Assembly: GCF_004010195.1 (NCBI RefSeq) | Contig: NC_057749.1 | Span: forward strand, 12,677,180 to 12,741,179 | DNA from: Chiloscyllium plagiosum | Taxonomy: Eukaryota | Direction of reading: 5' to 3' | DNA: 64,000 nt | In this document: piece after piece, positions 10,456-24,530 of the stretch | Position numbering within the stretch: position 1 is the stretch's first letter | Layout: every line of letters starts with the position of its first letter | The notes under the pieces: generated by a model | What the model saw: only the letters and a program-made list of their open reading frames with translations | The model's database searches: none | Told to the model about the DNA's origin: nothing | Program-made: the position numbers and the translations under genes

Positions 10456-13400
10456 TCTAATTTACTAAATTCAACAGAGATTGAAAGGTCGCTCATCGCT
10501 AATATCAAGGGATATGGACATGGTGCAGGCACTGAGGTACATGATCAGCTATGATGTAGAATGAAAGAGCATGCTCAAGGGGCTGAATGGCCTACACCTG
10601 CTGTGTTCCTAATGTACCAATACCATCTTTTATTAGCAGTGCAGTTCCTTCACCTAATTTCCTATTGCACTTGAATGACATACACACCTCAGTATTCAGG
10701 ACCCAACTCTGGTCATCCTAAAACCATGTCTCTCCAAAATGGCTGTAAGATAGTGTTCATTTACTTCAATGAGCGTTATCAGTCTGTATCTGAATGCACT
10801 TAGCTTTTAAAATAAGTCTTTAGTTTTGTCTTCTTGTAAGATCTAGTCTTGACTACTACTGTATTCCTAGATTTGTTTCCATGCAGAGTCCTGGGCTATT
10901 AATGCATTAAAATTAGTGCCACCTACCTTGAGCAGCAGCTTTATAGTAAACTTCTTTTTAAATGCAAATACCAGATTCCTTTTGATGCAGGTAAATGTTT
11001 CTCAGAAACTACACAATCTGTTATAGAATTATGCTAACATTTCTATTCTAGACCCAATGCAGTGTTCCAGGAATCCAACACATGTTGGAGGAATAGTACC
11101 TCATTTTGTGCTTAGGTAATGATAGCCTTCAGGATTCAGCATCTTGTTCCACAAACTTCAGACTGTAAACACTGTCCTCCACTTTAATTAGACCCCATCC
11201 CAAAAGGTATTTGTTTGTCTGGGTTTGCTCCCATAAGACCTAACCTATTTTCTACTTTTCAAATATATTCGACATCAATATCTCTCCTACACTAGATTAG
11301 GAAACCCTTTAACTTTTGCTTTAGGAACCCTCCATCTGTTCCACTTGCTCTCCCCCGCCCCCCCAGTCAACAGCTTAAATACATCATTTTTCAGCCACCT
11401 TCAGTTCTGAGAAAGTGTTACACTGAATTCAAAACATTAACTGGTTCGCTATCTTCCAGTGTTGTCAGAGTTTCCCCAGGACTGCTTCTATTTCAGATCT
11501 CCTGCATCTGCACTTTGCTTTCATTAACTAAACAAAGGGACAGGCATGCTAAGCAAATCCAAGATGGTGTGGGAAGTGGTCAACATGTACGAGGAACAAA
11601 GCATGCAGTATGGTAGAATGCATTAATCTTAGTATTGTTTGGTTCAAAGCTGCTAATGAACTCTACAATGTCAGCAAAACTTCACTCCTTATTGAATTGA
11701 CAGTTATTGTGCAGAAATGGATGGATTTCATCCTAACCCTTGCATTATCACCTATACAATAGTCACTAAACAAAAATATCGAGAAAATATAAAGTTTCAT
11801 TTGTCAAAAATGATTTCTAGCAGTCAATGAGATTACTTGTTTGTGTATGTCATTCCTTCATTGTGGTCATTAAAATATGCATCAAAAATTGACTAGATGC
11901 TACGACCTGGATGGCAACTGTATGAAAGTTATTTCCCAGTAACTATTTATACACTGCACAACCAAAAAAAAAGCTTAAAATAGCCAATACAGTACATGAA
12001 TATAAATTCGCACAGACTGCAAATAACTATGGAAGCAATTTAATGAGCTACAGGCTGTAGGGTTGCTGGCCTCATGAAGTATATGGAATAAAGACATTTG
12101 ACAAAATTACACAAGTCCAGTTGATTATCTGTCACTCAAACTGTACAAATGTCTGGGCTCTACTTCCAAAGTCTGAAGTACTTATGTAGCAGCTTACTAT
12201 GGTTTTGAAACAACTCCAAATACACAAACTACTTTTATGATGTCACAAATAAAAGTAGCTCAATAAAGTCTTCAACACTTGTGACCTCAAAACCTGCTCC
12301 TTTTGGCACTAAGGGCCAAATTAGGAGAATATACTTTCCTTCAGAGGGAGTTTTTTTGTATCCACACTGACAAGGCAGGTTCAAGGTCTACCTCACATGA
12401 AGGGATAGAACCACTGACAACTCAAAACCCTCACTACTGTCCTGAAGTGTCAGCTTAAATTGCATTGAGTTCTTACAATGAGGTCCAAGCCACAACAGGA
12501 CTGTGGCAATGTGAATAAATAAAGTTAACATTTATAATTTATATAAATGCAAATGTGATCAAATCAAACCAAATAAGCAAAAAAAAAACAAGCTTGATAG
12601 CAGCAATGCCTTCCATCACGTTACCCATGCTAACATTCAGCCAGCAGCACTGTATGAGTGATATCCTTTGGTGGGGTTGTCCAATTCCTATTTTAAGGAG
12701 TTTTCCTTTGTGTCAAAGCCAATATATATATCCCTCAACCAACATCACAGAAACAGAAAAGCTGTGTATCATATCATTGTTTTTGGAAGTTTGCTGGGCA
12801 CAAATTGGCTGACATGATTCCTACATTACAATTGGGACTATGCTTCATTGACCTTTAAACCAATTTTGCATTGCCCCGAGATCATGAAAGGCAATATATA
12901 TTTGCAAGCTCTTTTGCTTATTAACAAAAAGGTTTCATGCATTAGTAATGAAGTTAGATAAAATTAGAGTGTTAGATGTATTTGTCAGGATGCACCAAGT
13001 TAAAAGAATGATAAAAACAAATTATGGAAGCAAAAAGATAGATTGAAATCATCAATCTCTACATTTTACCAAATAATGACCACCCTCACTACATCCCCAC
13101 CTACCTTCTGGAGAACAAAATCTCTTTACAGTGACCTCTAATTACAAGAATCAGTAACTATATTCCCACTGGTTTATGATCATGGCAACTGTACTTAATT
13201 ATCCCTCTGTTTAGTGTACTGGCACTAATGTGAAAAAAATACTTAAGTTACTACTGCTTAATATTCTCTTAACTCCAATAACATGACATGACTACAACTA
13301 TAATTTCCCATTTGCACACAAAACAATCTTTCCAGGCATGATCTAAATTTAAATGAATCATGCCTGGAACTATACAGTTTGGTGTCTTTGGAAAGTGAAT

Positions 13401-13523
13401 GCAGTACAGAAAACTTTACATCATTTCACTTCCCTGAAATTCTAGCCATGCACCCCCAGAGTTAGATTCTTTTCCTGAGCAGTATGTAAATGGAAATAGT
13501 TATCAGGTATTAAAAAAACTCAC

Positions 13524-13579
13524 ATAACTGTGTTGTCATCGACGAGGATATCACAGCCGTGAGCTGGGCATGATATAGT
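13524..13579 (-). CDS. ARIH1: ARIH1 coding exon 5, 56 nt
   Basis: [18 protein letters not shown](M); acceptor ttttcttgcag|ACT, donor AT|GTGAGT; preceded by a 98-nt intron. Confidence 0.97.
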
Positions 13580-13677
13580 CTGCAAGAAAAAAAATCAGAA
13601 CAAATTATGCTAATGCAGTCCGACTCAAAACGTTCGGTTCCAGTGAAAAATGAGACAAATATGACACAAATACGTAC

Positions 13678-13770
13678 CTGCCCCATACCTTCTTCTATGA
13701 TCTTTGTAGTTAAGTATTCATTCCAGCACTGCATACAGAATTTGTGACCACACTCTAAGCCTGTGAAGTA
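13678..13770 (-). CDS. ARIH1: ARIH1 coding exon 4 (RING1), 93 nt
   Basis: [31 protein letters not shown]; acceptor ttgcag|TAC, donor CAG|GTACGT. Confidence 0.97.
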
Positions 13771-15859
13771 CTGCAACAAGCAAGAAATTTTAAAAAAAGA
13801 TTGCCAGTGTAATTATTTGATGCAATTAGCATCCAAGAATATTTCAACAATATTAAATCACATGCAAAACTTTAACACAACATAGCAAAATACAACATGT
13901 GATGTCTTGTGCAGATGCACAGGCTGCGAAGTCCTACTCGCTGTTATTTATTTTTCTGTTTTGCCCTACTGAATCCATTAGACATTAGTGAATAAATCTG
14001 AAGCTAAGACATCAAGATCTAACCTGTCAGGTTCTCGAAATCCATGCAAGTCAATAGCAAGGGATTTTTATTTATATATTTCATTGCGTGAGACTCAATA
14101 GGGCAGTGGCAAAACTCCCACTGCCCTGCAGGCACAGCAGCACAAAAACCAGCATGAAGCGCATCATTTTGCCCCTTGCACAACAAAATGATAAGACCTC
14201 AAGCCTGTCCCCAGAGGCAGAGGCACCCCTCCAACAATTCCATAGAGCACAGCCATACAAAGAGGAAACACAGACACTATGAAATATGAAGGCTTAATGA
14301 TTGCTCAAATTCATCATTATATTTAATATTTAAACAAAACGTTTGTTTCTCATAATCATGTACCAACTTCAACAATATTTCCTCATTCCAGGAACTCTGC
14401 GTTCAACAGCCCTACTGTTCAGCGTATATTACCTTTCCACTATTTCACATGTTGTAAACTACACCCAGCATTGACCTGCCCATTTCAAACTATTTATGGC
14501 CCCTTGAAATGAATTGCATTTATCTTCAGTTTACAAAGTCTTTAAGCAGCAAACTTTGACATAATGACTCTATCCTAACCAGTTACATAAATGGAAACTG
14601 AAGTGGTTCCAGAATCATACTTTGGCAGACTCAGCCACATTCAACTATTAAGAAATCACCTATTTACTTTATTTTGCCAGTTATGTCTAACTAGATGATT
14701 ATATCCCCATTTATGTCCTGGGCCTCTACATACCAGCACCGAAGGACATCTATTCTCTATGGAATGCAGCAACTCAAGAAGGTAGGTTACAACTACCTGC
14801 TCAAGGGAAATTAGGAATGGACAATAAATGCAGGCCTTGCCAGTTTTGTTCATGCCCCAACACAAAAAAAAACAATACATAAAACTAAAGTTTTATGACT
14901 AATGAATTAGAAATTGATGAAATCATGAGCAGCATCTGCCACCGCCCCCCCCCCCCCCCACCCTCCCACCCCCCAGGTCTTTCTCAGGTATTCAATAATC
15001 TCCTTCTGTTCAGGATTATGCAGTCTGACTACAGTGAAGGAAAGAATAAATGGCCAGCAGCTTCCTGGCTTATAGCTTTCTTGTTTAGAAAAGACAGTTA
15101 TAAGAACTTTTTTATCTTATGAACTAACCTATTTTCCCCCCAAAGTCCTTACAAGGTGGATGCCTCAGAAGACAACTGTCCATTAGGGTTGAACCAGTGC
15201 TAATTCAAAGGCTATTCAACTGTTACCTTAGCATCAATCTCAAACAGGGGACATTTAGAATCAGATTAACCCTTGGGCAGTGCAGTGGTCCTTCTGAAGA
15301 TAAGGGAATTCAAGTCTTCTGGGAGAAAAAGAGACAGAAAAGGACCTTAATCAACTTTTTTGCTTGGTGGATCACAATATTGAGAATTACGGAGTGACTA
15401 TCCCAAATGCAAAACAACTGTAGACTTCACATTGGCACAAAGTTGTTGCAAAGATCTTTTATAAATTTTCCAATCTGGAATAGTACCTGTTATGTAACAA
15501 TTGAATCTCCAGAAGAAAACACATTCAGTAAAATTGATCCATCTGTACCTCACTGACACATTTGGACAACTGACACTGCTGGTTTTCAATTTATTATGGT
15601 ATCAGAAATCTGGGAAATAGCAATTTGGTGCATGCTGGCTATTGCACATTCATATCTCGTTTAGTGGACTTCATAAATATTATTAGGTCAGTCCCATTAA
15701 TCAAACTTAACCATTATTAAAAGTGAAATGATATTTTAAAAACATAAAATGCGTTGGTGAGAGGATTAAACAGCAGCTAATAGCTGCCCCGAATGCTAAG
15801 TTAATACAGCACCAACTATATTAAGTTCAGCCAAGTCTGCCCATCTAATTGGTCTACTT

Positions 15860-17830
15860 TAGAACATTAGAACTAAGCAATGGAGTAGAACTGAGCCCCT
15901 CCAACTTGTTCAATATGATCATAGCTGATCTCATCTTAGCCTCAACTCCACCCTCCTACCTACTCTCCATAAACACAGATTTTAAATCTATCTCCTCCTA
16001 AAAGTTTTAATTTTGAGTCCATGAACTCGGAGGTACTAAATTCCACAGGTTCATAAACCTTTAAAATAATTAATTCCTTTATATCTATTGAAGCCGGCTA
16101 CCCGTCATTCTAAATCTATCACACATTCTAGATTACTGCATGAGGAACCATTCTTTCTACAGCTACTTTGCTGAGCCCCTTTAAAATCTTATATCTCCTC
16201 TTATGCTTCTAAGTTCCAAAGAATATAGGCTTAAATGACTCACTCTTTATTAGGCAAACCCCTCAGCCCTGGGACCAATGAAGTGAACCTCCTCTGAATG
16301 GCTTCTAATGCTACGACATCCTTCCTCAAATGAGGAGATCAAAATTATACGTCAAACCCAATGTTGTCTCACTAACACCTTCTACAGTTGCAGCCAATCT
16401 TCCCTATTTTTATACTCTATTCCTTTAGCAATAAATGCGGAACTCAATTTGCCCTCGTGACCTGATGTACCTTCATCCTAGATTTCTGCAAATTCATGCA
16501 CAACAGTACGCAGATCCTTTTGCACTGAAGCACTGTGAAGTTTCTTTCCATTTTAGATAATAAATTGCCTTTCCAACCAAAATGGATAACCTCACACACA
16601 TCCATGTTAAACTCCATCTGCCAACATTTGGCCCATTTACTTAACCCACCAATTTCCACTTATAAATTTCTTATTTCTTCACTACAACTTACTTTCCCAC
16701 CTATGTTAGTATAATTTGCAAATTTGGCTACAGTATTTTTCATGTCCACATCAAAATCATTAATGCAGATTGCAAATAACTGGGGCCAAGAACCAAATCC
16801 TGCTGCAGCTCCTAGTTACATCTTTTCATTCAGAAGACGCATTCAGTTTGGTCAAATTCAAGCTTGGATACAGCTAATAATACTACACCCAATCCCCTGT
16901 GATCTTATCTTGTGTATTAATCTTTAGCACAGCGCCTTATCAAATGTCTTCTGAAAGTTCAACTATACTACACCAACAGGACTCCCATTACCTTATTTGT
17001 TAGTTACATTTTTAACGAACTCTAACAAATAAGTCAAATACAACCAACCAGTCATATAATCATGATGACTGATGGATTGCATTTTAACTTTCCAAACTCC
17101 GTTACTACTTTAATAATAGCTTCTAGCAATTTTACGACAGATTGTGGGCGGCACGATGGCTAGCACTGCTGCCTCACAGCACCAGAGACCTGCGTTCAAT
17201 TCCCGCCTCAGGTGACTCTGTGTGGAGTTTGCACATTCTCCCTGTGTCTGTGTCGGTTTCCTGCGGGTGCTCTGGTTTCCTCCCACAGTCCAAAAATGTG
17301 CAGGTTAGGTAAATTGGCCATGCTAAATTGCCCCCCATAGTGTTAGGTGAAGGGGTAAATGTAGGGGAATGGCTCTCTGTGGGTTGCGCTTCGGCGGGTC
17401 GGTGTGGACTTGTTGGGCCGAAGTAATCTAATCTAAATGGTAGATAGACAAAAGACAAAGAAACTTTTTTTGAAAAAAGTGCATCATATTAGCATTTTTA
17501 CGATTCCAATTAAACTTTTCTACAGCATCCTGAAATGTTGGAAGATTATAGCCAATGGATCCACTATCTGTGCTACCATTTCCTTCAAGACCCTAGGATG
17601 TGGGCCATAAGGATTAATCTGCCTTCTAACTCAATAGCTGGCTTAGTGCTTTTTCACTAGTGATGATGATGGTTCTCAGTTCCTCCTTTTCTATAATCTC
17701 TGCAATAAGTGGTAGTATTGCGATGGCACAATGCCCTCCACAATGGAAACAGAGGCAAAATATTGATTTAGTATCACCACCATTTTTGTGTTCCTCACTA
17801 TTAACTCCCTAGCTTTATCCTCCAAGTGAC
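15860..17830 (-). mobile_element. Old CR1 LINE relic with a nested SINE
   Basis: KWAKCWQMEFNMDVCEVIHFG on the minus strand; highly decayed; boundaries approximate. Confidence 0.7.
17146..17437 (+). mobile_element. HE1/V-SINE-type SINE
   Basis: Same sequence as 5420-5731 in the opposite orientation, with short deletions in the A-box region and 3' end; TAATCTAATCTAA tail. Confidence 0.9.
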
Positions 17831-18469
17831 CAACATTCACTTTAACTACTCTTACCTTTTTTATATATTTGGAAGCTTTTGCTATCTGTGGATAGCACTA
17901 ACTTGAACAACATATTGAAAACAACTTGATCTTGGACTCCCAAGTAATTAGTCAAATTAACCAAGTAACCAACATATATAAAAAGTACAAACCTCCAGTG
18001 GCAAATAAAGGGTTAACAAGACCATTAAAGTGAACAGATGACATTAAATCTCCTGAATTAATTGCACAGGGCAGACCTTTGTTTATTCAACTTTAAGAAG
18101 TGACCAGATTATTGCTGAGAAACAATCCTAATTCACTCATCATAATTTCAATTTGCTGTCATTCAGAATAATTCAGTATTGCAAATCTGCAGTCATTTGG
18201 CACAGATCCATAAGGTGACTACTTGTGGGGACTCTGTGTTGCAGAGGTAAAGTACCTACCTCTGGACCGAGAGGCCTGATACAAGTATACAAGTCCCACC
18301 TGTTCCAGAGTTGTGTAATAACATCTCTGAGTAGTTTGGTTAGAAAAATACAATAAAATAAAACAAAGGTGACCACTCATTTATTGTAATTCTCTCCTGC
18401 TTATCAATTAAAAATACATTAGCAAACTGCAGAGGCTGGTCTGCCACTGTGGATCTACATAACATAGAC

Positions 18470-19565
18470 TAACTAATAAAGTTAGGTCACAGGCGATTCA
18501 GCACGAATTTGCCAAATGGATATATTATTAGTTTGACGGATGGACAAAGTGGTGGTTGAGGGCTGCTTTTCAGAATAGAGGCCTATCAGCGATGTTCCAG
18601 AGACCAGTTCTAGATCCTCTATTGTTTGTCATTTATATTAATCATTTGTTTGAGAATGCAGAAGGCACGGTTAGTAAGTTTGCACATGGCACCTAAACTG
18701 GTGGCATAGTAGACAGTGAAGAACACTGAGAATACAAAGTGATCTTGATCAAATGGGTCAATGGGCTGAAAAAAATGGCAGATGGAATTCAATCTGGATA
18801 AGTGCAAGGTATTGCATTTTAGGACAAAGGTGGGGCTTATACAATTAGTGGTAGGATCTTGGGTAATGTTGGAGAACAGAGGGACCTAGAGGTTCAGGTA
18901 CATAAATCTTTGAAGTTTGTGTCACATATAGACAGGGTGATTGAAAATGCACTTAGCAAGCTTGCCTTCACTGCTCAACCCTGAGCGTACAGGAATTGGG
19001 ACATTATGTGAGGATGTACAGGACACTGGCGATGCCTCTTCTGGAATACTGCGTTCAATTCTGGTCGCCCAGTTATAGGAAGGGTATTAAGTTGGAGAGG
19101 GTTCAGAAGAGATTTACCAGAATGTTGCCATGAATGGAAAGTTTGAGTTATAAAGGAAGGCTGAACAGGCTGGGACTTATAGGTAGGTTGAGAGGTGACC
19201 CTGTAGAGATTTATAACATCATGAGGGGTATAATTAATGGTGGTTGTCTTTTCCCAAGGATGGGGATATTTCAAGACTAGAGGCCATATTTTTAAAGAGA
19301 AAGGAGAGAGATTTGAAAAATACATAAGGGCTCAACTTTTTTTTTTTAAAACTGAGGGTGGTTCGCGTGTGGAATGAACTTCCTGAGGAAATGATGAGTG
19401 TGGATACAATTACAACATTTAAAAGACACTTGTGTAAGTGCATGAATAGGGAAGGCTTGGAAAAGATATGGGCCAGGAGCAGGCAGGTGGCGCTAGTTTA
19501 GTTTGGGATTATGTTCAGCATGAACTGGTTAGACTGAAGATCTGTTTCCATGCGGTATGTCTCTA
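18470..19565 (+). mobile_element. 5'-truncated CR1 LINE
   Basis: Decayed SKFA..TK, WQMEFN, LERVQKRFTRML coding sequence followed by a CR1 3' UTR. Confidence 0.85.
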
Positions 19566-22389
19566 AAACAAGATTTCACTCACTGAAACTGCAAAGTGAA
19601 AATGGATAGAATGGAATAGTTTGTAATGTGCCAAAATTGGCAGTTAATATATCTAACCCACAGCTACATTTATGAAAGATTCTTGGAACTTTTCAACAGG
19701 GTGCACATATTCTTAATAAAATATCTGCTAACAATGAATGAACAAACATCTAAGAGAACCCTAGTTGAAAACAAAAAAAAGGTAAGACAATTCCTTCGAC
19801 TCTCAAAAACATGATATTCACATCTGCAAGCTAAGTAATCCCTCTCTAAATAAAATAAACAAACTAATTAGACACAAGTTCGCTATGGTTATAACTAGCT
19901 AATAAGGAAGTCGCAAGGGTTGTCTGTCACTTGAAAAAACTCCACAGAACCAGGTGCTCTTTCTGGTGAGAATCAAGTTAGAGGCTAACATCCAAAACTT
20001 TTGAAAACTTTTTCAAAAAGGGAAATAAAAATTATGATTCTTGAGAAATTGCTGAATAGAAACAACAAAGTCCAAATAATTTTGTCCGTCAACATGTGCA
20101 TTAACACTAACAAAGAATGCAAACTTAATGGAACAAACTCGTTGGTAACTTTTCAGTTGTTCATTTCCTACAAAATAAAATCAACCTCAAAAACTAAAGC
20201 CATTTTACAAGGACAGGATAAATAATGGAAATTGGCATATGTCTGCACACTGTACCATCTTCCAAACTCAAATCAACAGACTTTTGATCACTGAACTAGG
20301 ATCATTAAATGTTGCTGCTTTAAAAATGCTATCATGCAAATGACTTGGAAGTGATGAACACAAGAGCATGTGATGCTGAAATGTCTATGATAATTCTTAC
20401 CAGGTTACAAAATGCAGAAACTATTCGCCAAAATCTCTTTTATTCCAGTTACACAGTTGAAGAGGTAAATTGTTCACACCTATTGTAATCACTTTCAGAT
20501 ATGCATAAAGTAAATTGGGGAAAAAGGTGAGGAGCTGTGATATCCTTTTGGGGTATAAGGTTGTCTCTAAACAAAAAAAAGGTCATGCAGTCGAAAGAGA
20601 CAGTTTGGAGAACCAAAAGGTTGAGCATCTCATTTTTGTGCCACCTTAGATATTAGGTAATTCTTAAAATATTCATTCATAGAAAAGTTCTGGGCCAGCA
20701 CTTAGTGTCTGTCCCTCAATTTCCCTTGAAAAGGAGCTTCTGAGCACCTTGATGAATCACAGCAATCTACTTGGTGCAGGTAGACCCATAGTACCATTAG
20801 GGAGGGAGGTACCAGATTTTGAACCAGTCAGGACAGTGAGTGACTTAGGAAGAAACTATCAGGTGACAGCTGCCAGCTGCTAGGCAGATGTGCTTTCTGT
20901 TAGTCAAAAGATGGCCCTTTTATCCCTTTATGTTTTTAGCCAGAATAGTACTTACTGTTTTTGTTGCAGAGTCAGATCTTTGTGCTGTGTTATTTCCCTG
21001 GGGTGAGGTGTTCAAAGCTCTTCTGTATTTTGAATTTCTCCACACAGAATTGCAAATAATGCATAATTTTATAAAGAGCTTATGCTGGCTGCGATATTCA
21101 GGTGGAATCAGAGATACCATCCTCCTCGATACACAAGTTTAAATATGTATGAATAAATAAAAACCGGTATACATTTGGCTGCTGAAAGGTGCACTTGAGA
21201 CACCTGGAAAATTTTCCAGGTTTGCGCGTGGACAATAATGGCTGGAGAAGTCAGCTCCTGCTCTTTCAGTTGCATTATGCACCTCAAAATTGTTCATTCT
21301 ATATGCAACCAGTCACGTCCTTCCAACAACATTCATAAAATGCAGCTGACCGAACAGCTAACTTTGTTCAGATGAAATGCATCAGCTACAATTCAGGCAA
21401 TAATCTGATCCATGTTTTCCCTCTAAAGAATGGAGTACAAGAATGATTAATCTTCTGAAGTTTAAGGAGTCTCAATTACAAATAGTATTTTCACATCAAA
21501 GGCAGAAGTGTCATTGAACTTTTCAGTTTAGAGATTGCGTACTTCATAATAGGTAAAATTTATTAAAACTTTGTTTTTGAAAAAGAGAACTTGATCACAT
21601 TTATTCAGATGAAGACACCTCAGTATGAAAGAAAAAAAATTGGCAGTTATATCACACTTCTCACAACCCCAAATATTTCAAAACACTTTATAAATAGTTA
21701 GGTTTAAATACTATTAATAATGTACTGCTGGCCTTATCAACAACTTGACAAATAGGGGCCAATTTGATCACCATGTGAGCTTGTCACAGCCATTCCGCAG
21801 GATAATAGTGACCCTACTCAGATCACGTCATGCTGTATAACATACATGGAGGGCCTCAAGTTCATCTTCCTGCTCCTGAAAAGAGGTCATCAACCTCAGT
21901 ATCCTAGAATGAGAAAAGCAACAAGCGAAGCTAGCAGCATCATACTGCTATTGAATAATAGCCACATACGTGATGCTCATCACCAACAGGCAGGTGTCAC
22001 AAAATCAAAAAGATAGACAACCTATCACACATGACAATTGTGGTTTATGAATTTCTGTACTGATGAGATACCAGGTATGTAGACCATGTGATTTAAGGAC
22101 TGATGGGTCATATCAAACAGCACACTCCTTTGCCTAATTACAACAAGGCACGGACCATACCCAACCAGCTAGCCCTTGCAAAACCTGCAACTTGTTTCTG
22201 CAATTGAAAGCCATTTGCTGGATAATTTGGAGTGTGCAAAGAATTACAATGACACAAATTTAGGAGTGTGGGACTTGCAGTGCAGCATACTAGAATAAAA
22301 TAAAGCTACATATATACATTGAAAATAGGCACACATAGCACCTGTTCAATTAAAAAAAAACACAGCTGATAGCCATTTTCCCCCCTTTA

Positions 22390-22575
22390 TTAAGGTGGTG
22401 ATGCTGGATCTCTTCATCAAGAGCTGCTTTGGTTGACAGGACGATTCCAAAGTATTGGAAATGATCCAACTTCTCGAAGGCCTCCCCCCTAGACTTTGAT
22501 GATCGGGATTTCGTTCCACAATACCAAGCCAGGTTGGTGAAGGACCTTCGTCTTGTAGATGTTCAGGGTGAACTC
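22390..22575 (-). mobile_element. RTE-clade LINE reverse-transcriptase fossil
   Basis: Manual minus-strand translation TLNIYKTKVLHQP...IIKV* then, after a frameshift, EAFEKLDHFQYFGIVLSTKAALDEEIQH; fits the RTE pattern KTKV...F.YLGS.LS....D.EI. Confidence 0.65.
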
Positions 22576-22809
22576 TGACTTCGAAATATTGAATAACTGA
22601 CTCACATTCCCATGCTTACACAAGGAACACCCCTCAGTTTGTGACAGATTAGACAAGGAAAGATTATGAAAACAGTGTGGCAGCGACTTAAGAATATGTG
22701 CTCACAGCTCAGCCTAAAGGTATACTTTTTGAGATGTCACTTCAACTCAGTTTGGCAGAAAAAGGTGAAGAAACAAGAAGCTTAAAACCAGCTAAGGTTT
22801 TGAGCAAGG

Positions 22810-24530
22810 CGAAACTGAGGACTGTAGATGCTGGAGATCAGAATCAAGAGTGTGGTGCTGGAAATGCACAGCAGCATCCGAGAAGCAAGTGAATCAACGT
22901 TTTGGGCATAAGCTGTTCATCAGGAATGAGGCTTGTGGGCCGGGGGGGGAGCGGAGAGATAAATGGGAGGGGGTGGGGCTAGGTAGCCGAGAATGCGGTA
23001 GGTATATGAAGATGGGTGGAAAGGTGATAGGTCGGAGAGGAGGGTGGAGTGGATAGATGGGAAAGACTATGGACAGGTCAAGAGGGTGGTGCCGAGTTGG
23101 TGGTTTGGGACTGGGATAAAGTGGGGGGAGGGGAAGTGAGGAAACTGATGAAATCCTCATTAAACCCGTGTGGTTGTAGGGTCCCAAGGCGGAAGATGAG
23201 GCATTCTTCCTCCAGGCGTTGGGTGGTTAGGGTTTGATGATGGAGGCGGCCCAGGATCTGCATGTCCTTGGGGGAGCTGAAGTGTTCAGCCACAGGGCAG
23301 TGGGGTTGGTAGGTGCGGGTGTCCCAGAGATGTTCTCTGAAATGATCCGCAAGTTGGCATCCTGTCTTCACGATATAGAGGAGACCACATCGGGTACAAC
23401 GGATACAGTAGATGATATTAGTGGAGGTAGAGGCATATTTCTGTCAGATGTGGAAGGATCCTTTGGGCCATGGACAGAGGTGATAGGTAGGCATGGGTGC
23501 AGGTTCTGCACTTCCTGTGGTGGCAGGGAAAGGTGCCGGGAGTGGGGTGAGGGCTGGTGGGGGGAATGGTCTCTCTGACACACTGATAGGGGCGGGGAGG
23601 AAAATATATGCCTGGTGGTGGGGTCTGTTTGTAGCTGCCAAAAGTAACGGAGGATGATGCGATGTATACAGGCGGTGGTGGGGTGGGAGCAAGGACAGTG
23701 GGTTCTGTCCTTGTTGCATTGGGAAGGGTGTGGTTCAAGGGCGGAGGTGGGGGAAGTGGAGGAGATGCACTGGAAGGCATCATCAACCACGTAGGAGGGG
23801 AAACTGCAGTCTGGGAAGGAGGTAATCTGGGATTTTCTATGGTGAAATTGGTCATCCTGGGTACAGATGTTGCAGGCGCCAAGGAATTGAGAATAAGGGA
23901 TAGCGTTTTTACAGGAGGCAGATGGGGAGGTGGCGTAGTCCAGGCAGATGTGGGAGTTTGTGGGTTTGTAGTAGATGTCCATGGTTAGTCAGTCACCAGA
24001 GATGGAGAGGCCCACGAATGTGAGAGATGTCCGAGATGGTCCAGATGAATTTGAAGTTGGGGTGAAAGGTATTAGTAAAGTTGGTGAACTGTTCAACCTC
24101 CTCATGAGAGCACGTGGTAGCACCGATATAGTCAGATATGGCAGAGGAAAAGGTGGGGAAATAGTGTCAATCTAGCCGTGGAAGATGGACTTTCCATGCA
24201 GCCGACAAAGAGGCAGGCAAAGCTGAGGCCCATGCGGGTGCTCGTGGCTACTCCTTTGGTTTGGAGGAAGTGGGAGGATTGGAAGGAGAAGTTGTTACAA
24301 GTGAGGACCAATTCAGCCAGGTGGAAGGGTATTGATTGAGAGGAAGAAACGGAGGGCTTGGAGGTCTTTGTCATGGCAGATAGATGTGTACAGGGACTGG
24401 ATATTTATGGTGAAGGTAAGCGTAGGGGAAACTAAAGTCTTGGAGGTGGTGAAAGGCATGGGTGGTGTCCCAAATGTAGGTGGATGCTGCCTGACCTGCT
24501 GTGCTTTTCCAGCACCACACTCGACAGTTT
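22810..24530 (-). mobile_element. Penelope-like element family A (decayed RT + GIY-YIG) with 3' terminal repeat and inverted 5' repeat fragment
   Basis: FTINIQSLYTSI, LAELVLTCNNFSF..HFLQTKGVA..TRMG, DIYYKPTNSH..LDY..SCKNAIPYSQFL, KTGCQLADHFREHL, RLGTLQPHG are PLE RT and endonuclease motifs; frameshifted; 24482-24525 is an inverted copy of 22845-22880. Confidence 0.9.

Noticed and set aside
21896..21983. Possible C/D box snoRNA on the ARIH1 strand (GTGATGA...CTGA, 88 nt)
   Set aside because: No terminal stem, no clear D' box or guide sequence; looks like decayed repeat.
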